Source: Chiloscyllium plagiosum (taxonomy: Eukaryota). From it: DNA of 45,917 nt. The DNA lies in contig NC_057754.1 in assembly GCF_004010195.1 (NCBI RefSeq), positions 9,624,445 to 9,670,361 on the forward strand, given 5' to 3'. Shown piece by piece: positions 10,945-23,679 of this stretch (position 1 is its first letter; each line of letters opens with the position of its first letter). The position numbers and the translations under genes are program-made. Under the pieces are notes generated by a model that was not told where the DNA came from, did not search any database, and saw only the letters and a list, made by a program, of their open reading frames with translations.

Positions 10945-11487
10945 CTACAATGTGCCAATTCTGGGTCTCCTTCCTATTGGAAGGATGTTGTGAAACTTGA
11001 AAGGGTTCAGAAAAGATTTACAAGGATGTTGCCAGGATTGGAGGATCTGAGCTACAGCGAGAGGCTGAATAGGCTGGGGCTGTTTTCCCTGGAGCGTCGG
11101 AGGCTGAGGGGTGACCTCATAGAGGTTTATAAAATCATGAGGGGCATGGATAACATAAATAGACAAGGTCTTTTCCCTGGGGTGGGGGAGTCCAGAACTA
11201 GAGGGCATAGGTTTAGGGTGAGAGGGGAAAGATATAAAAGAGACCTAAGGGGCAACGTTTCCACACAGAGCACAGTGCATGTGTGGAATGGGCTGCCAGA
11301 GGAAGTGATGGAGACTAGTACAATTGCATCATTTAAAAGGCATCTGGATGGGTATATGAAAAGGAAGGATTTGGACGAATATGGGCTGGGTGCTGGCAGG
11401 TGGGACTAGATTGGGTTGGGATATCTGGTAGGTATGGACGAATTGGACCAAAGGGTCTGTTTCCATGCTGTACATCTCTATGACTAT
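10945..11487 (+). mobile_element. CR1 3' end, well preserved
   Basis: ORF 10990..11409 KLERVQKRFTRMLPGL..RRLRGDLIEVYKIMRG, with 3'UTR ending CTCTATGACTAT. Confidence 0.95.
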
Positions 11488-11714
11488 AAACCCTTTGAAC
11501 TTTTAAAGCTGTGTGTTAAGATTTGGAAAAACTGAGCAGACTTGTTCATGCACATGATGTATGTGAATAATCTTCTCCTAATGTGTTTGAATTACATCAG
11601 TACAGGGAATGACAGATTGAAACTATTTCCAGAGTCATTTGGTGAGTCCTCTTTTAGCAGTTGGATTTTACTGATGAATTTCCAGCTCAGACAATGTTAG
11701 AATCCTGAATTTCA

Positions 11715-11935
11715 TCAGGGAAATGCTAGAAATACACAATAAATCTGGCTGTGTCTCTGGAGAGGGAGACATATTTCATATCCACAACCATTCATCAGAA
11801 ATTCACTGCCTCAGAGCCCAGACAAGAACATCAACTCTGTTTCTCAATCAACAGATGCTGTGAGACATACAAAGGTTTTACAGTATATTTTGCTTTTCTC
11901 GAGTTCAGGAAGTTGTTACTCAACAGCACTTTGGA
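11715..11935. mobile_element. Degenerate Penelope-like family D fold-back
   Basis: Minus arm (TCTGGC..TGGAGAG..TTCATCAGAA) then plus arm (AACTCTGTTTCTC..ACAGATGCTG); same layout as 37369-37558. Confidence 0.45.
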
Positions 11936-11994
11936 TTTGTTAGGGACTAGCTTATATCAATTACTCTCTTTTCAGCTTTATATGCTTTTTTACC

Positions 11995-13945
11995 CTTTTA
12001 AACATTGTAATTGTACCAGCCTCCACCATTTCCTCTGGCAACTCATTCCATACACGCACCACCCTCTGTGTGAAAAAGTTGCCCCTTGTGTCCCTTTTAA
12101 TTTTTTCCCCCTCTCACCCCAAACCAATGCCCTCTATTTCTGGACTCCCCCAACCCAGGGAAAAGACCTTGTCTATCTATCTATCCTATCCATGCCCCTC
12201 ATGATTTTATAAATCACTATGAGGTCATCCCTCAGCCTCCAGGTAAAACAGCCCCAGCCTATTCAGCCTCTCCCTATAGCTCAAACCCCCCAACCCTGGC
12301 AACATCCTTGTAAATCTTTTCTGTATCGTTTCAAGTTTCACCACATCCAGCCTAAGGGAGGGAGACCAGAATTGCAGACAACAATCCAAAAGTGGCCTAA
12401 CCAAAGTCCTGAACAGCTGCAACATGACCTCCCAATTCCTATATTCAATTCACTGTCCACTAAAGGAAAGCATACTAAACGCCTCCTTCACTATCCTATC
12501 TATCCGAAACTCCACTTTCAAGGAACTATGAACCTACACTCCAAGGTCTCTTCGTTCAGCAACACACCCCAGGACCTTACCATTAAGCGTATAAGTATTG
12601 CCCTGATTTGCCTTTCCAAAATGCATCATCTCACATTTATCTAAATTAAACTCCATCTGCCTCTCCTCAGCCCATTGGCCCATTTGATCAAGATCCCATT
12701 GCACTCTCAGATAACCCTCTTGGTTGTCCACTACACCTCCAATTTTGGTGTTGTCTGCAAACTTACTCACTACACCACCTATGTTCACATCCAAATCATT
12801 TATATAAATGACAAAAAGTAGCGGACACAGCACCGATCCTTGTGGCACTCCACTGGTCACACGCCTCCAGTCTGAAAAACAACCCTCCACCACCACCCTC
12901 TGTCTTCTACCTTTGAGCCAGTTCTTTATCCAAATGGCTAGTTCTCCCTGTATTCCATGAGATCTAACTTTGCTAACTGGTCTCCCATGGGGAACCTTGT
13001 TGAACGCCTTACTGAAGTCCATATAGATCACATCCACTGCTCTCATCAATTCTCTTTGTTACTTCTTCAAAAAACTCAATCAAGTTAGTGAGACATGATT
13101 TCCCACACACAAAGTCATGTTGACTATCCCTAACCAGTTTTTGCCTTTCCAAAATACATGTACATCCTGTCCCTTAAGATTCCATCCAACAACTTGCCCA
13201 CCACCAATGTCAGGCTCACTGGTCTATAGTTTCCTGGCTTGTCTTTACTGCCTTTCTTAGTCGCACCACGTTAGCCAACCTCCAGTCTTACGGCACCTCA
13301 CCTGTGACTATCATGATACAAGTATCTCAGCTAGGGGCCCCAAAAATCACTTCTCTAGCTTCCCACAGAGTTCTGGGATAAACCTGATCAGGTCCTGGGG
13401 ATTTATCCACCTTTACGCATTTCAAGACATCTAGAACTTCCGCCTCTGTAATATGGGCATTTTTCAAGATGTCGCCATTTATTTCCCCACATTCTATTTC
13501 TTCCATATCCTTTTCCACAGTAAATACTGATGCAAAATACTCATTTAGTATCTCCCCCACCTCCTGCGGCTCCACACAAAGGCCGCCTTGCAGATCTTTG
13601 AGGGGCCCCATTCTCTCCCTAGTTACCCTTTTGTCCTTAATGTATTAATGAAATCCCTTTGGATTCTCCTCAACCCTATTTGCCAAAGTTAGCTTATGTC
13701 CCCTTTTTGCCCTCCCGATTTCCCTCTTAAGTATACTCCTACTGCCTTTATACTCTTCTTCGGATTCACTCGATCCCTCCTGTCCAGCCCTGACATATGC
13801 TTCCTTCTTTCTCTTAACCAAACCCTCAATTTCTTTCATCATCCAGCATTCCCTACACCTATCAGCTTTCCTTTAACCCTAATTGGACTCTCATTATCTC
13901 ATTTTGAAGGCTTCCCATTTTCCAGCCATCCCTTTACCTGTGAAT
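11995..13945 (-). mobile_element. CR1 LINE ORF2 with RT domain, disrupted
   Basis: YMDFSKAFNKVPH, GVPQGSVL, SKFADNTK, ILNEYFASVFT, KSPGPD. Confidence 0.95.
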
Positions 13946-14357
13946 TGATAGGTATAACCCTGATAGATACAGCATTATTCCAGTAAATCTTCTCTGCATC
14001 TTCTCCATTGATTCTAGATGCATCTTACCATATGAAGACCTGAGCAAATTTGCGTATCAAACTTAACATTATCTAGAAATACGAAGGAAATGGCAATTGT
14101 CATTTATCACTTTTATCCTTCCAAAACAAATGGTGGACAGTCATTTGTGAATACATGAGGATTGTATGAGGCATATCCATTTAACCAACAACCAGCCACC
14201 CTACAAATGGGACTGTCTCACTTTGAAACTTACAAGGTCTTGTCTGTTATCACAGAAGTCTGATTGTTCTGAAGGCTTTAAATTCAGTTGATCAGGAGAT
14301 TAAAGAGAGCACCAGGGATGGACTCTGGGAGTTAGTTATGGAAAAGCATAGAACTGG

Positions 14358-15065
14358 ATTGAATTGACGTTATTGTTACATGTACTGAGGCACAGTGAAA
14401 AGCTAAGTCTCGTGAGCATACAGGCAGATCACAGAGTTAAGTAGCATAGATAGTAAATAATAGGTAAACAGCGGCAAAAACAAAACCACAGGTACAGGCG
14501 AATGTTAAGAGTTTGTGAGTCCATTCAGTATTCTAACAACTGTCGTGTAGAAACTGTTTCAAAACCGGCTGGTGCGTGTGTTCAGGCTTCCGTATCTTCT
14601 CCCCGATGGTAGAGGTTGGAGAAAAACATTGCCAGGGTGGGATGGATCTTTGAGAATGCTGGCGGCCTTTCCTTGACAGCGGGCCTGGTAGATGGATTCT
14701 CTTGATGGGCGGTTGGCCTTTGTGATTGTCCGGGCCGAGTTCACCACTCTCTGTAACCGTCTCCGATCTTCAATGGTACAGTTGCCATACCAGGCAATGA
14801 TATATCCAGACAGAATGCTCTCGATGGCACACCTATAAAAGTTGGCAAGGGTATTCACCGTCATTCCAAATTTCCTCAGCTGCCTGAGGAAGGAGAGACG
14901 TTGTTGGGCCTTTGTAACCAGTGCGTCCACATGAAGAGTCCAAGAAAGCTTGTTGTGGATGACCACTCCCAGGAGCTTGACATTCTCCACTCATTCCACC
15001 TCTGTGTTGTTAATGTGTATAGGGGTATGAGTAACATCCCACTGAAAGTTAATAATGAGCTCCTT
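14358..15065 (-). mobile_element. Rex1/Babar-clade LINE 3' end
   Basis: ORF 14559..14990 KAQQRLSFLRQLRKF..FYRCAIESIL..AWYGNC..KDPSHPG..LPSGRRY; short 3'UTR ending in (TCAAT)n. Confidence 0.9.
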
Positions 15066-15134
15066 GTGATTTAAAAGTTAATGTTTTAAATTGGAGTAAG
15101 GTCAGTTCTTACACTATTAGGCAAGAACTTTGCT

Positions 15135-17172
15135 AAATTAATTGGGAGAGGCTATTCACGGGTAAAGGGACAGTTGGAAAGTCCCGAGGCAATATATTCC
15201 TGTTGTGTGAAGGGCAAGGCTGATGGGCGCAGGGAATGCTGGATGACTAGAGAAATTGAGGCTCTGGTCAAGAAAAAAAGGGAGGCATGTGTCAGGAATA
15301 GCTGGGATTGAGTGAATCCCTCAAGGAGTATAACGGCAGTAGGAGTATACTCAAGAGGGAAATCAGGAGGGCAAAAAGGGGACATGAGATAGCTTTGGCA
15401 AACAGGGTTAAGGAGAATCCAAAAACATTCTACAGATACATTAAGGACAAAAGAGTAACTAGGGAGAGAATGGGGCCCCTTTAAGATTAACAAGACCATC
15501 TATGTGTTGAACTGCAGGATGATGGGTGAGATACTAAACGAGTATTTTGCATCAATATTTACTGTGGAAAAGGACATGGAAGCTAAAGAATTTGTATAAA
15601 TAAACAATGATAGCTTGAAAACTGTTTATATTGCAGAAGAGGAGGTGCTGGACATCTTAAAATGCATAAAGGTGGAGAAATCCCAAGGACCTGATATGGG
15701 GTATCCCACAACTCTGTGGGAAGCTAGGGAAGTGATTCCTAGGCCCCTTGCTGACGTATTTGTGTCATTGATAGCCACGGGTGAGGTGCCAGAAGACTAG
15801 AAGGTGGCTAATAAAGTAGCATTATTTAAGAAAGGTGATAAGGAAAAGCTAGTGAGCCTAACGTTGTGCTGGGTATGTTCTTGGAGGGGCTTCTGAGGGA
15901 CAGAATCTACATGTATTTGGAAAGGCAAGGACTGATTAGGATCGTCAGCATGGCTTTGTGCATGGAAAATCATGCTGCACTGACTTGATTAAGTATTTTG
16001 AATAACTTAGATTAGATTAGATTAGATTACTTACAGTGTGGAAACAGGCCCTTCGGCCCAACAAGTCCATACCGCCCCGCCGAAGCGCAACCCACCCATA
16101 CCCCTACATTTAACCCTTACCTAACACTACGGGCAATTTAGCGTGGCCAATTCACTTGACCTGCACATCTTTGGACTGTGGGAGGAAACCGGAGCACCCG
16201 GAGGAAACCCACGCAGACACAGGAAGAACGTGCAAATTCCACACAGTCAGTCGCCTGAGGCGGGAAATGAACCCGGGTCTCTAGCACTGTGAGGCAGCAG
16301 TGCTAACCACTGTGCCACCGTGCCGCCCACAAATAAGTGACGAAGATGATTGATGAAGGCATGGGATGGACATTGACTACATGGACTTTAGTAAAGCCTT
16401 TGACATGGTGGACTAGTTAACAGTGTTTGATCACACGGAATCCAGGGGAGCTAGCCATTTGGATACAAAATTGGCTTGAAGGTAGGAGACAGAGAGTGAT
16501 AGCGGGGCATTATTTTTCGGACTGGAAGCCTGTGACCAATGGTGTGCAGCAAGTATTTGTGCTGGGTCCACTACTTTTTGTCATTTATATAAATGATTTG
16601 GATGTGAATGTAGAAAAATTAGTTAGTAAGTTTGCAGATGATACCGATATCAGTGGTGTAGTGGACAGTGAAGAAGTACAACAGACCATTGGATGGGCCA
16701 ATGGGCCGAGGAGTGGCAGTTTAACTTAAATAAATGTGAGGTATAGCGGGCAGGACTTATACAGTTAATGGTAGGGTGCTGGGGAATGTTGCTAAACAAA
16801 CATGTCCTGGGGTGCAGGTTCATAATTCCTTGAAGATGGAATCATGGGTAGACAGGGTAGTGAAGAAGGCATTTGGGACGTTTGCCTTTATTGGTCAGTG
16901 CATTAAGTATCGGAGTAGAGAGGTCATGTTGCAGTGCTACAGGACATTGGTTCAGCCACTTTTAGAATACTGCGTTCAGTTCTGGTCTCCTTCCTATAGG
17001 AAAGATGTTGTTAAACTTGAAAGGATTCAGAAAAGATTTGGAAAGGTTGTTTCCCGGGTTTGGAGGGTTTGAGCTATAGGGAGAGCTGGAAAATGGGACT
17101 AGATTTATTTAGGATATCTGGACGAGTTGGACCGAAGGGTCTGTTTTTGTGCCGTATCATTTTATGACTCTA
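15135..17172 (+). mobile_element. CR1 LINE ORF2 remnant
   Basis: [39 protein letters not shown] and a deleted 3' end. Confidence 0.9.
16007..16329 (-). mobile_element. Young HE1 SINE nested in CR1
   Basis: Full length, CpGs retained, (TTAGA)n tail. Confidence 0.95.
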
Positions 17173-17890
17173 TAACTGAATTTGTAGTAGCGACCAAAGT
17201 CAATGAACTCTACCTTCCCAATTTTCAAATGAAGGAAAGTTCTGCTAATCCAGTACTGGGTATCAGGTGAGCAATCTGATAATTTAGCAACAGTGGATGA
17301 GTAAAGAAAGATTGTGATCAAGTCGAGTTGGGTGTTGTCAATGTGTATGTGATATCGAATGTGGTACCTCAAGTTGATGTTGCCCACTGCACCATGTAGG
17401 TGAGAAATATAAGGGGCTAAGGATAGATCCTTGAGGTACACCAAATTCAGAAACATTGAAAAGGAAAGGAAGGTTGGAGACGAGGCAGTAGTTTGTGAAG
17501 ATGGTGGGTTCATTTTTTTTTTGGATGGTAGATTCAGAACTGAGAGAGGCAGTACCAAAAGTATTGTTAACAATGTCAGTGAACCTGGAATGGCTGATGA
17601 TCAGCATTAAGTGAGAAGAGGGTCAAGGGAATAAAAGGTGGGTCACGTGATCAAATTATTTCTGATAGGGCATGTTGAGGTTGGAGAGAAACTGGAGACA
17701 CTTGCATTTCAGGGCTCAGATAATGGGAGCCATGGAAACTGCTTGGCAAGGTGGCCCAGTGGAAGGGAAGGAAGCCATAGAGGCAACTGATCCAATTGGC
17801 TTAATTTTACTGATAATAAAGCTTGATCAACTTCTCTTTATTGGAGATGGGAATGGTGGGGGTAGAGAGAACCCTGCAAAGGAACTAACC
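17173..17890 (-). mobile_element. L2 LINE RT remnant
   Basis: GVPQGSILSPLYFS, YHIHIDNTQL (YADDTQL-like), LSDC..WISRTFLHLKIGKVEFIDFG. Confidence 0.75.
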
Positions 17891-17916
17891 TGATTCAGCA
17901 ATGCACAATTTATTTG

Positions 17917-17950
17917 ATCGACGTTTCGGGCATAAGCCCTTCTTCAGGAA
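17917..17950 (-). ncRNA. Minimal type I hammerhead ribozyme motif, core intact
   Basis: Minus strand TTC-CTGAAGA-A-GGGC-TTAT-GCCC-GAAA-CG-TC-GAT. Confidence 0.7.
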
Positions 17951-18063
17951 GCTTATGTCCGAAACGTCGATTCTCCTGCTCCTTGGATGCTGGCTGACCT
18001 GCTGCGCTTTTCCAGCGACACATTTTTCAGCTCTGATCTCCAGCATTGCAGTCCTCACTTTCT
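17919..18063 (+). mobile_element. Penelope-like family A mini-element with inverted 5' segment and 15-bp TSD
   Basis: CACAATTTATTTGAT at 17904-17918 and 18064-18078; 17919-17950 is an inverted copy of the hammerhead region. Confidence 0.85.
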
Positions 18064-18179
18064 CACAATTTATTTGATATTAATTCGGAAGACCAATGCT
18101 AATACCTCAGGTTGAATTTACTAACATTGGCAGAAAGAGAACCCAGTCAGGATGGTTGAGTCCCAGAAATGATCAACAG

Positions 18180-18710
18180 CAAGATCCAATCACTGCAGTT
18201 ACATGCAAGGTCTGTGGTGTCTGGGCAGCTTGAAGGATTAAGTGACTCCTTCCCACAGAGCAGGGGAACAGCCTCTCTTCAGTGTGAATTTGCTGGTGTT
18301 TCAGCAAGTTGGATAGCTGATTAAATTCCTTACCATGCTAAGAGCAGGTGGGCGGCACTTTGCCAGTGTGAATTAGCTGCTGTGCAGTGAGGTCAGATGA
18401 CCCCTTGAACCCAGCCCCATAGTGAGAGCTTTGATCTGTCTCCGATCAGTGTGAACACATTGAAAGCACAGCAGTTCCCAAGAATGCTTAAAACATTCCC
18501 CATGGTTGACATGTAGAAGGTTTATCACTAATGTTTATGAGAAGGGGGGGGGATGAATTGGTGCATCCCTGTTCACAAACAGAACAAGGAAATGGTATCA
18601 ACCAGTGTAAACTCACCAGATTGAATAGATTACTGACATCCCCTCCCATACACAGAGCACGTGAATGGCCTCTCTCCAGTGTGAACCTTCAGGTACGTCA
18701 GCATGTTGTC
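18180..18710 (-). pseudogene. Degenerate C2H2 zinc-finger relic
   Basis: Repeated CAGTGTGAA (reverse of the V/I-H-T linker); minus strand reads VHTGERPFTCSVYGRG; many stops; 5' part missing. Confidence 0.8.
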
Positions 18711-18711
18711 C

Positions 18712-19172
18712 CCCTCTGCCTAGTGTCGAAGAAGCCTGAGATGGACGTGGCAGATGTTGCAGCCTTGACACCTTTACCATTTGAAGAAGAGGATGAATTT
18801 CTTCCGAGACGCTCTGGGTGCAAGAGGCAGGCTGTGGTCCCATACACATACCCCTATCCAAGGCTGAGGCAGAGAAACTGGATTTGGAGCAGAAATGCCC
18901 CAGGACAGGCTACAAGAGAAAGAACAGGCCTATGTCCTTGGACTTAGAGGGAGAGGGATGTTATGATTGCGATGAGGTCACCACGGGTGGACCTCATAGA
19001 ATATGAGTTCCCTGATTGGGGCTGTTAATCTGGTTGATTCAGGGAGCCCTGGCTGACAGGCATAAACAGGTGTGTCAGAGGTTCTGCTCACTCTGACACT
19101 TGGCTCTGATAAAACCAGTACAATGCATGTGTGACTTGGTGATGGGATACCAGCCTGTGTGGAGTTAATTCA
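18712..19172 (+). mobile_element. Gypsy-like LTR retrotransposon 3' end: pol tail, PPT, 3' LTR 18959-19172
   Basis: PRRSGCKRQAVVPY integrase-tail-like motif; PPT AGAGGGAGAGGGA directly before TG; LTR ends TTCA. Confidence 0.8.
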
Positions 19173-19935
19173 GGATGTAACTCTTCAAGACAAATTTTTT
19201 TTACCTGTTGTACAGCATTTTACCCAACTCTCTCTCTCTCTCCGTGAATAGATTACAACAGATGGTGACACTTCAAAAATACTTCATTGTTCTTTGACTT
19301 CTTCTTGTCATTCTCAGGTAGGAAAAGGCTCTGTTTAAATGTGTGTCCTTATTTCTTTTCTTCTGTTTGTCAATCTCAGTCAACAATCATACGTATCTGT
19401 TCCTTTCAGTGTCTGCCACACTCTCTATGTCTGTCTCTTTTTTTTTTCGGTGTTCACTTCACCCTCTTTCACTCTCTCCCTCTATTCGTGCCTCTCACTT
19501 CTCAGTGCTGCTGTTTAAAAAGGATGAAAATCTGAGACAGTTTGACATTTGACCTCTCAGTTGCTGTAACACTTCTCCCTCCCAGCTGCAGCACCCAAAA
19601 ACTGGGCTCCCATTCTCCAGATAATGTGTCCAGTTGGTTAGGACTGAGGCAAGGAGAAACTGCTTCCCTCAAAAGTTTATGAATCTTTGTTCTGGGGGAG
19701 TCCTCAGATGATATATCTAAATTCTGTACTGGATTTGAGTGGCCATTTCTGATTTTTGCATCGGGATTGTGGTTAAATGTGCTGGTTTTAAAATCTATTG
19801 AGAGATCCCTATTAGTTTTGAACACTGCTGATTATATCTGGATTCCTGACATTTATCATATTTCCACAGACGTAATTATCAATTGCAGGGAACAAATATT
19901 ACCCTTGTTTTCATTCACTCACAAGGATCCAGAAC

Positions 19936-20142
19936 ATAGAATATATGAAATATAGAATATATGAAATATAGAATCCCTACAGTGTGGAAGCAAGCTATTC
20001 GGCACATCGAGTCCACACTGACCCTCTGACGAGCACTCCACCCAGAACCACCCACCCCTGCCCTATCTCTGTAACCCTGCTTTTCCCATGGCTAATCCAC
20101 CTAACCTACATATCCCTGGTCACTATGGGCAATTTAGCATGG
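19936..20142 (-). mobile_element. HE1 SINE 3' half with a 16-bp tandem tail
   Basis: ATAGAATATATGAAAT twice, then CCCTACAGTGTGGAA..GGGCAATTTAGCATGG. Confidence 0.8.
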
Positions 20143-20344
20143 TCAAATTTGCAATGCAAGTGGCAAACAAGAACTCAGACAACTTACTGACATCCTTGCT
20201 CGAGGCCTTTGTCTCTCCTCTGGCCTCTGTCTTCGGGCATATGTCTGTATGTTTTCCTCTGCCTGTGTCAATGTATTTCAGTTCCTCAAAGTTACAATTC
20301 CAAACAAAATTCAGATTAGCTGTGGTGCTTCATGCTAAAATCAT

Positions 20345-22173
20345 ACAGAGGAAAACAAAAAGCCAGTGGAGAATCAGACAACTGAGTTATTACATGAAGT
20401 ATACGCTGGAAATTTTCCTGACTCTGTGGTAACAAGGTCACAAAGCCAGCAGCTGAAACAGGAGGAGAAATCGAAAAATACAGATAAGGAAGTTGAAGTA
20501 GAATTATTAGCGACCATGTTTGATCGAAGGATTGAGACAAAACAAGAACAGGTGGATGACAAAGTGGATATTTTTAACTCAGAGGAATTAACTGAGTTAC
20601 AACAGAAAGATGAAAAACTGAAGCAGTTGTATCAAAAAGCACATCTGGAAGAAGAATCTGAATATATTCCTGAATGGTAATACCTGTAAAATGATGTCTT
20701 GATGAGGAAATGGAGACCATCGCATATTTAGGCAGATGAGAAATGGGCAGACATTCATCAAGTTGTATTACCAGTGGGTTATTACCAGGTGTTACAGGTA
20801 GCACATCAGTTACCAGTAGGAGGTCAGTTTGGGGTAAGAAAATGCAAAAACATTTTCACTGGCCAGACATGTCATATGTGTCAGGTAGTTGGAAAACCTC
20901 AGGCCATAATAAAACCAGCACCTTTAATATCAATTTCTGCATTTGAGAAATCTTTTACAAGGGCCTCAATTGATTGCATCGGACCCCTACTTAAAACAAA
21001 AAAAAATGTGAAGCAGTATTTATTAACAATAATGGATGTGTCCACTAGGTTTCCAGAGGTCATTCCGTTATACAATATCACAGCTAAAAGAATTGTAGAG
21101 GAGTTACTCAATTTTTTCACTAGATATAGACCACCCACAGAGATACAATCAGATCAAGGGTCAAATTTCACACAAATTTATTCAGGGAAGTTATGGATAG
21201 CATAAGAATAAAACAATTTAAATCCACTGCATACCATCCAGAATCACACAGAGCATTAGGAAGATGACATCAAACTTTAAAAACCATGTTAAGGGCTTAT
21301 AATTTAAGGATAAAAATTCCAGACTGTTTAGATGGAGCTTATTATTGCAGCCATTCAATTTGAAAATTATACATGGGGCAGGATGAGAAAACTTAATTGC
21401 CGATGTGTTGTGAAGACTTGCATAAAGAAAAATTGAGGCGTTTGTTGTCAAGAGTAAACAGACTAAAATAGAATGTCATAGTGAATGTTTGCCTGCCTTA
21501 GAGTTAATGTAATATATATGTCTTGTCGTGTACTAACAGAGTAAGATTAAGGGTTTTAAAATGAAGCCATTTTTGTATATTGTTGGTTCGTTTTTTTTTA
21601 AGGGGGAGGTGTGACAATGCTGTCATTTTAAAAAAGGTTACTTTTGTCCTTGGTTTTTTTTTGAAGCGGGGTCATAAAGGCAGAGATGCTGAAGAGTCTA
21701 GTTTAACACTGGAAGGGGAGTGGCCAGTTCTCCCAATTTAGGTTTTTCTAGTTTGTCTTTAGCTGTACCAGTCACAACTTGTGAGAATCCAGGAGAGTTG
21801 CAAGCTTCAGTAAAGAATTCCTCTGGCTTTCTTCTGAAATCTCTCTCCTGCCTGTAAGAATCTGTGTCTGAATTTACCTTTTTGCAAAGGGGTGTGTTTA
21901 TGGTATGTTGCTATATCGGAACAGTTAATTAGTAATAGTTAGTGTATCGATTGGTCAAGTTTTCCTGTAGTTGTTATTCTAAATTCTGCTTTCTTTCGTT
22001 CATGTTTTAACTGTAGTGTTTAAATAAATTTTGTTTTGCTTAAAGCTGAGTGGTTTGACCAGCTGCATCACACCTGGAGCACCCACTACACATCTGCCTT
22101 TAAAATAAGAAAAGGTTAGGGTCTAGGCTAGCTTCTTAAAGTATTACTACAGACTCTGGCCTGGTCCATAACA
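20345..22173 (+). mobile_element. Gmr1-type Gypsy relic: integrase joined to RNase H end, PPT, 3' LTR 21610-22173
   Basis: FPDSVVTRSQ, CHMC, IDCIGPL, RFPEVIPL, SDQGSNF, YHPES, then RLFRWSLLLQPFNLKI; PPT AAGGGGGAGG; LTR TGTGAC..TAACA with AATAAA. Confidence 0.9.
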
Positions 22174-22409
22174 GCAAAAACAAAAGGGTTTTAGATTGGG
22201 GTAGTGCAGGTTTTTATTAAAGTAAGGCAGATCTGGCCAAAATAGACTTTGTGTAAATCTACAGCAGAACAGTGGGAGACATTCAAAAAGCTACAGGCCT
22301 ATGTGTTCCCCGAAGGTGAAATGTAGGAGCCACAACCCCAGAGAACCCGGAATTTCCAGGAATATTCAGGACTGGATAAAAAGTAAAGGAGAGGCAGGTA
22401 ACATGGAAT

Positions 22410-23165
22410 AAAGGGACGCTCAGTCAGAGTAGCAGAGGGAGAGGAGCGGAATGAAGTGACACTGGGGTGAATGGTGGCAGCTGACCTTCTGGAGAAATAC
22501 CTGAGGGGCGAGGCCCAGATCAAGCTCAGTGGAGCAGCAGGAGGAGAGAGGAGAGGAGAGGAGAGGACTGGAGTGAACCTTCACTTAATCCAGAAGCAGA
22601 GCTCCTGAGGTGATACCAGGGTTCAAAAAGGACGCAGGATAAGAAGATTAGTTGCTTAGAAACCAGCTTTAGGGACTGAGTGAGTCGTATTGGGAGGGAG
22701 ACAGAATGTGAAGTGCTTATTTCTGTGGCTTATAGTTTGTTAGGAATCGGGAGAAAGGACGAGAAATCTGATTTGGTGAGTAGCGGGTAAGGTTGAGTAA
22801 CTTTCCTCGCAATTGGTGGAATTCAGAATAGCAGGAGATTTGGCTCCATGGAATGCTCCTCCAGCAACAGAGACACTTTAAGTATCCATGGTGATCCACG
22901 TACGTAAGATGTGTCTTCAGTTGCGGCTTATGGAGTGGCTGGAGCTTGGACTGGAGTCACTGTAGGGTGCCCGTGATGCTGAGGACATCATGGAAAGTTG
23001 ATTACCAAGATTGTCACACCACAAGTAAGGCCTACACAGACCAACAGGAAGACAAGTAAGCATGGGTAGGCAGGGCAGGAGTGTCCCATGGCCATCCACC
23101 TCTCCAACAGATTAGATTCTGTTACAGCTGAGAGCCAATCAGGGGAGAGCAGCAACTGCCAGGTT
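22410..23165 (+). mobile_element. CR1 5'UTR and ORF1 N-terminal remnant
   Basis: (GAGAG)n leader; degenerate KMCLQLRL and QECPMAIHLSNRL segments resembling CR1 ORF1. Confidence 0.55.
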
Positions 23166-23650
23166 TGGAACTTCCCGACCACAGATGTGAGACTGCAATT
23201 CCTTGCTTTATCTTTACCATCCTTTTTGAAAAGTGGAATCAAGTTGGCAGTCTTCTTGTCTTCTGGCACTTCCGCTGTGGCCAGAGAGGAACCGAAAATT
23301 TGGGCCAAGGCCCCTGCAATTTCCTTCCCACAGCAGCTTCAGATACCTGGGAATCTGTCGACATTTAAACATGTCAAAACTCCCAATGCCTCCTCACTTG
23401 CTATATCAGTCTGCTGAAGGAGTTCACAGAAGTAATCGGGGTAAATATCGGGTAGGGGAATGGGTCTGGGTGGGTTACTCTTCGGAGGGTCAGAGTGGAC
23501 TTGTTGGGCCAAAGGGCCTCTCTCCACACTGTAGGGATTCTATGCGAGCATTCTATGAATTCTGTGCCTACATACACCTTCTCCTGATGAAGATAGTTGT
23601 GGTGCATTTGTTTAACACTCTACCATGTCTTCTGACCCCACACACCAATA
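23166..23650 (-). mobile_element. CR1 ORF2 fragment containing an HE1 3' piece (~23435-23545, +)
   Basis: EVPEDKKTANLIPLFKK..SLTSVVGK. Confidence 0.75.
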
Positions 23651-23679
23651 TACCCCTTAGCACGCCAGGACAAACATGA

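Noticed and set aside
18531..18947. 138-aa ORF as a possible ZNF-Gypsy fusion
   Set aside because: The ZNF part is antisense in this frame, so it is a chance read-through into the pol tail.
19502..19825. 107-aa minus-strand ORF in unassigned sequence
   Set aside because: No recognisable motif or splice support.
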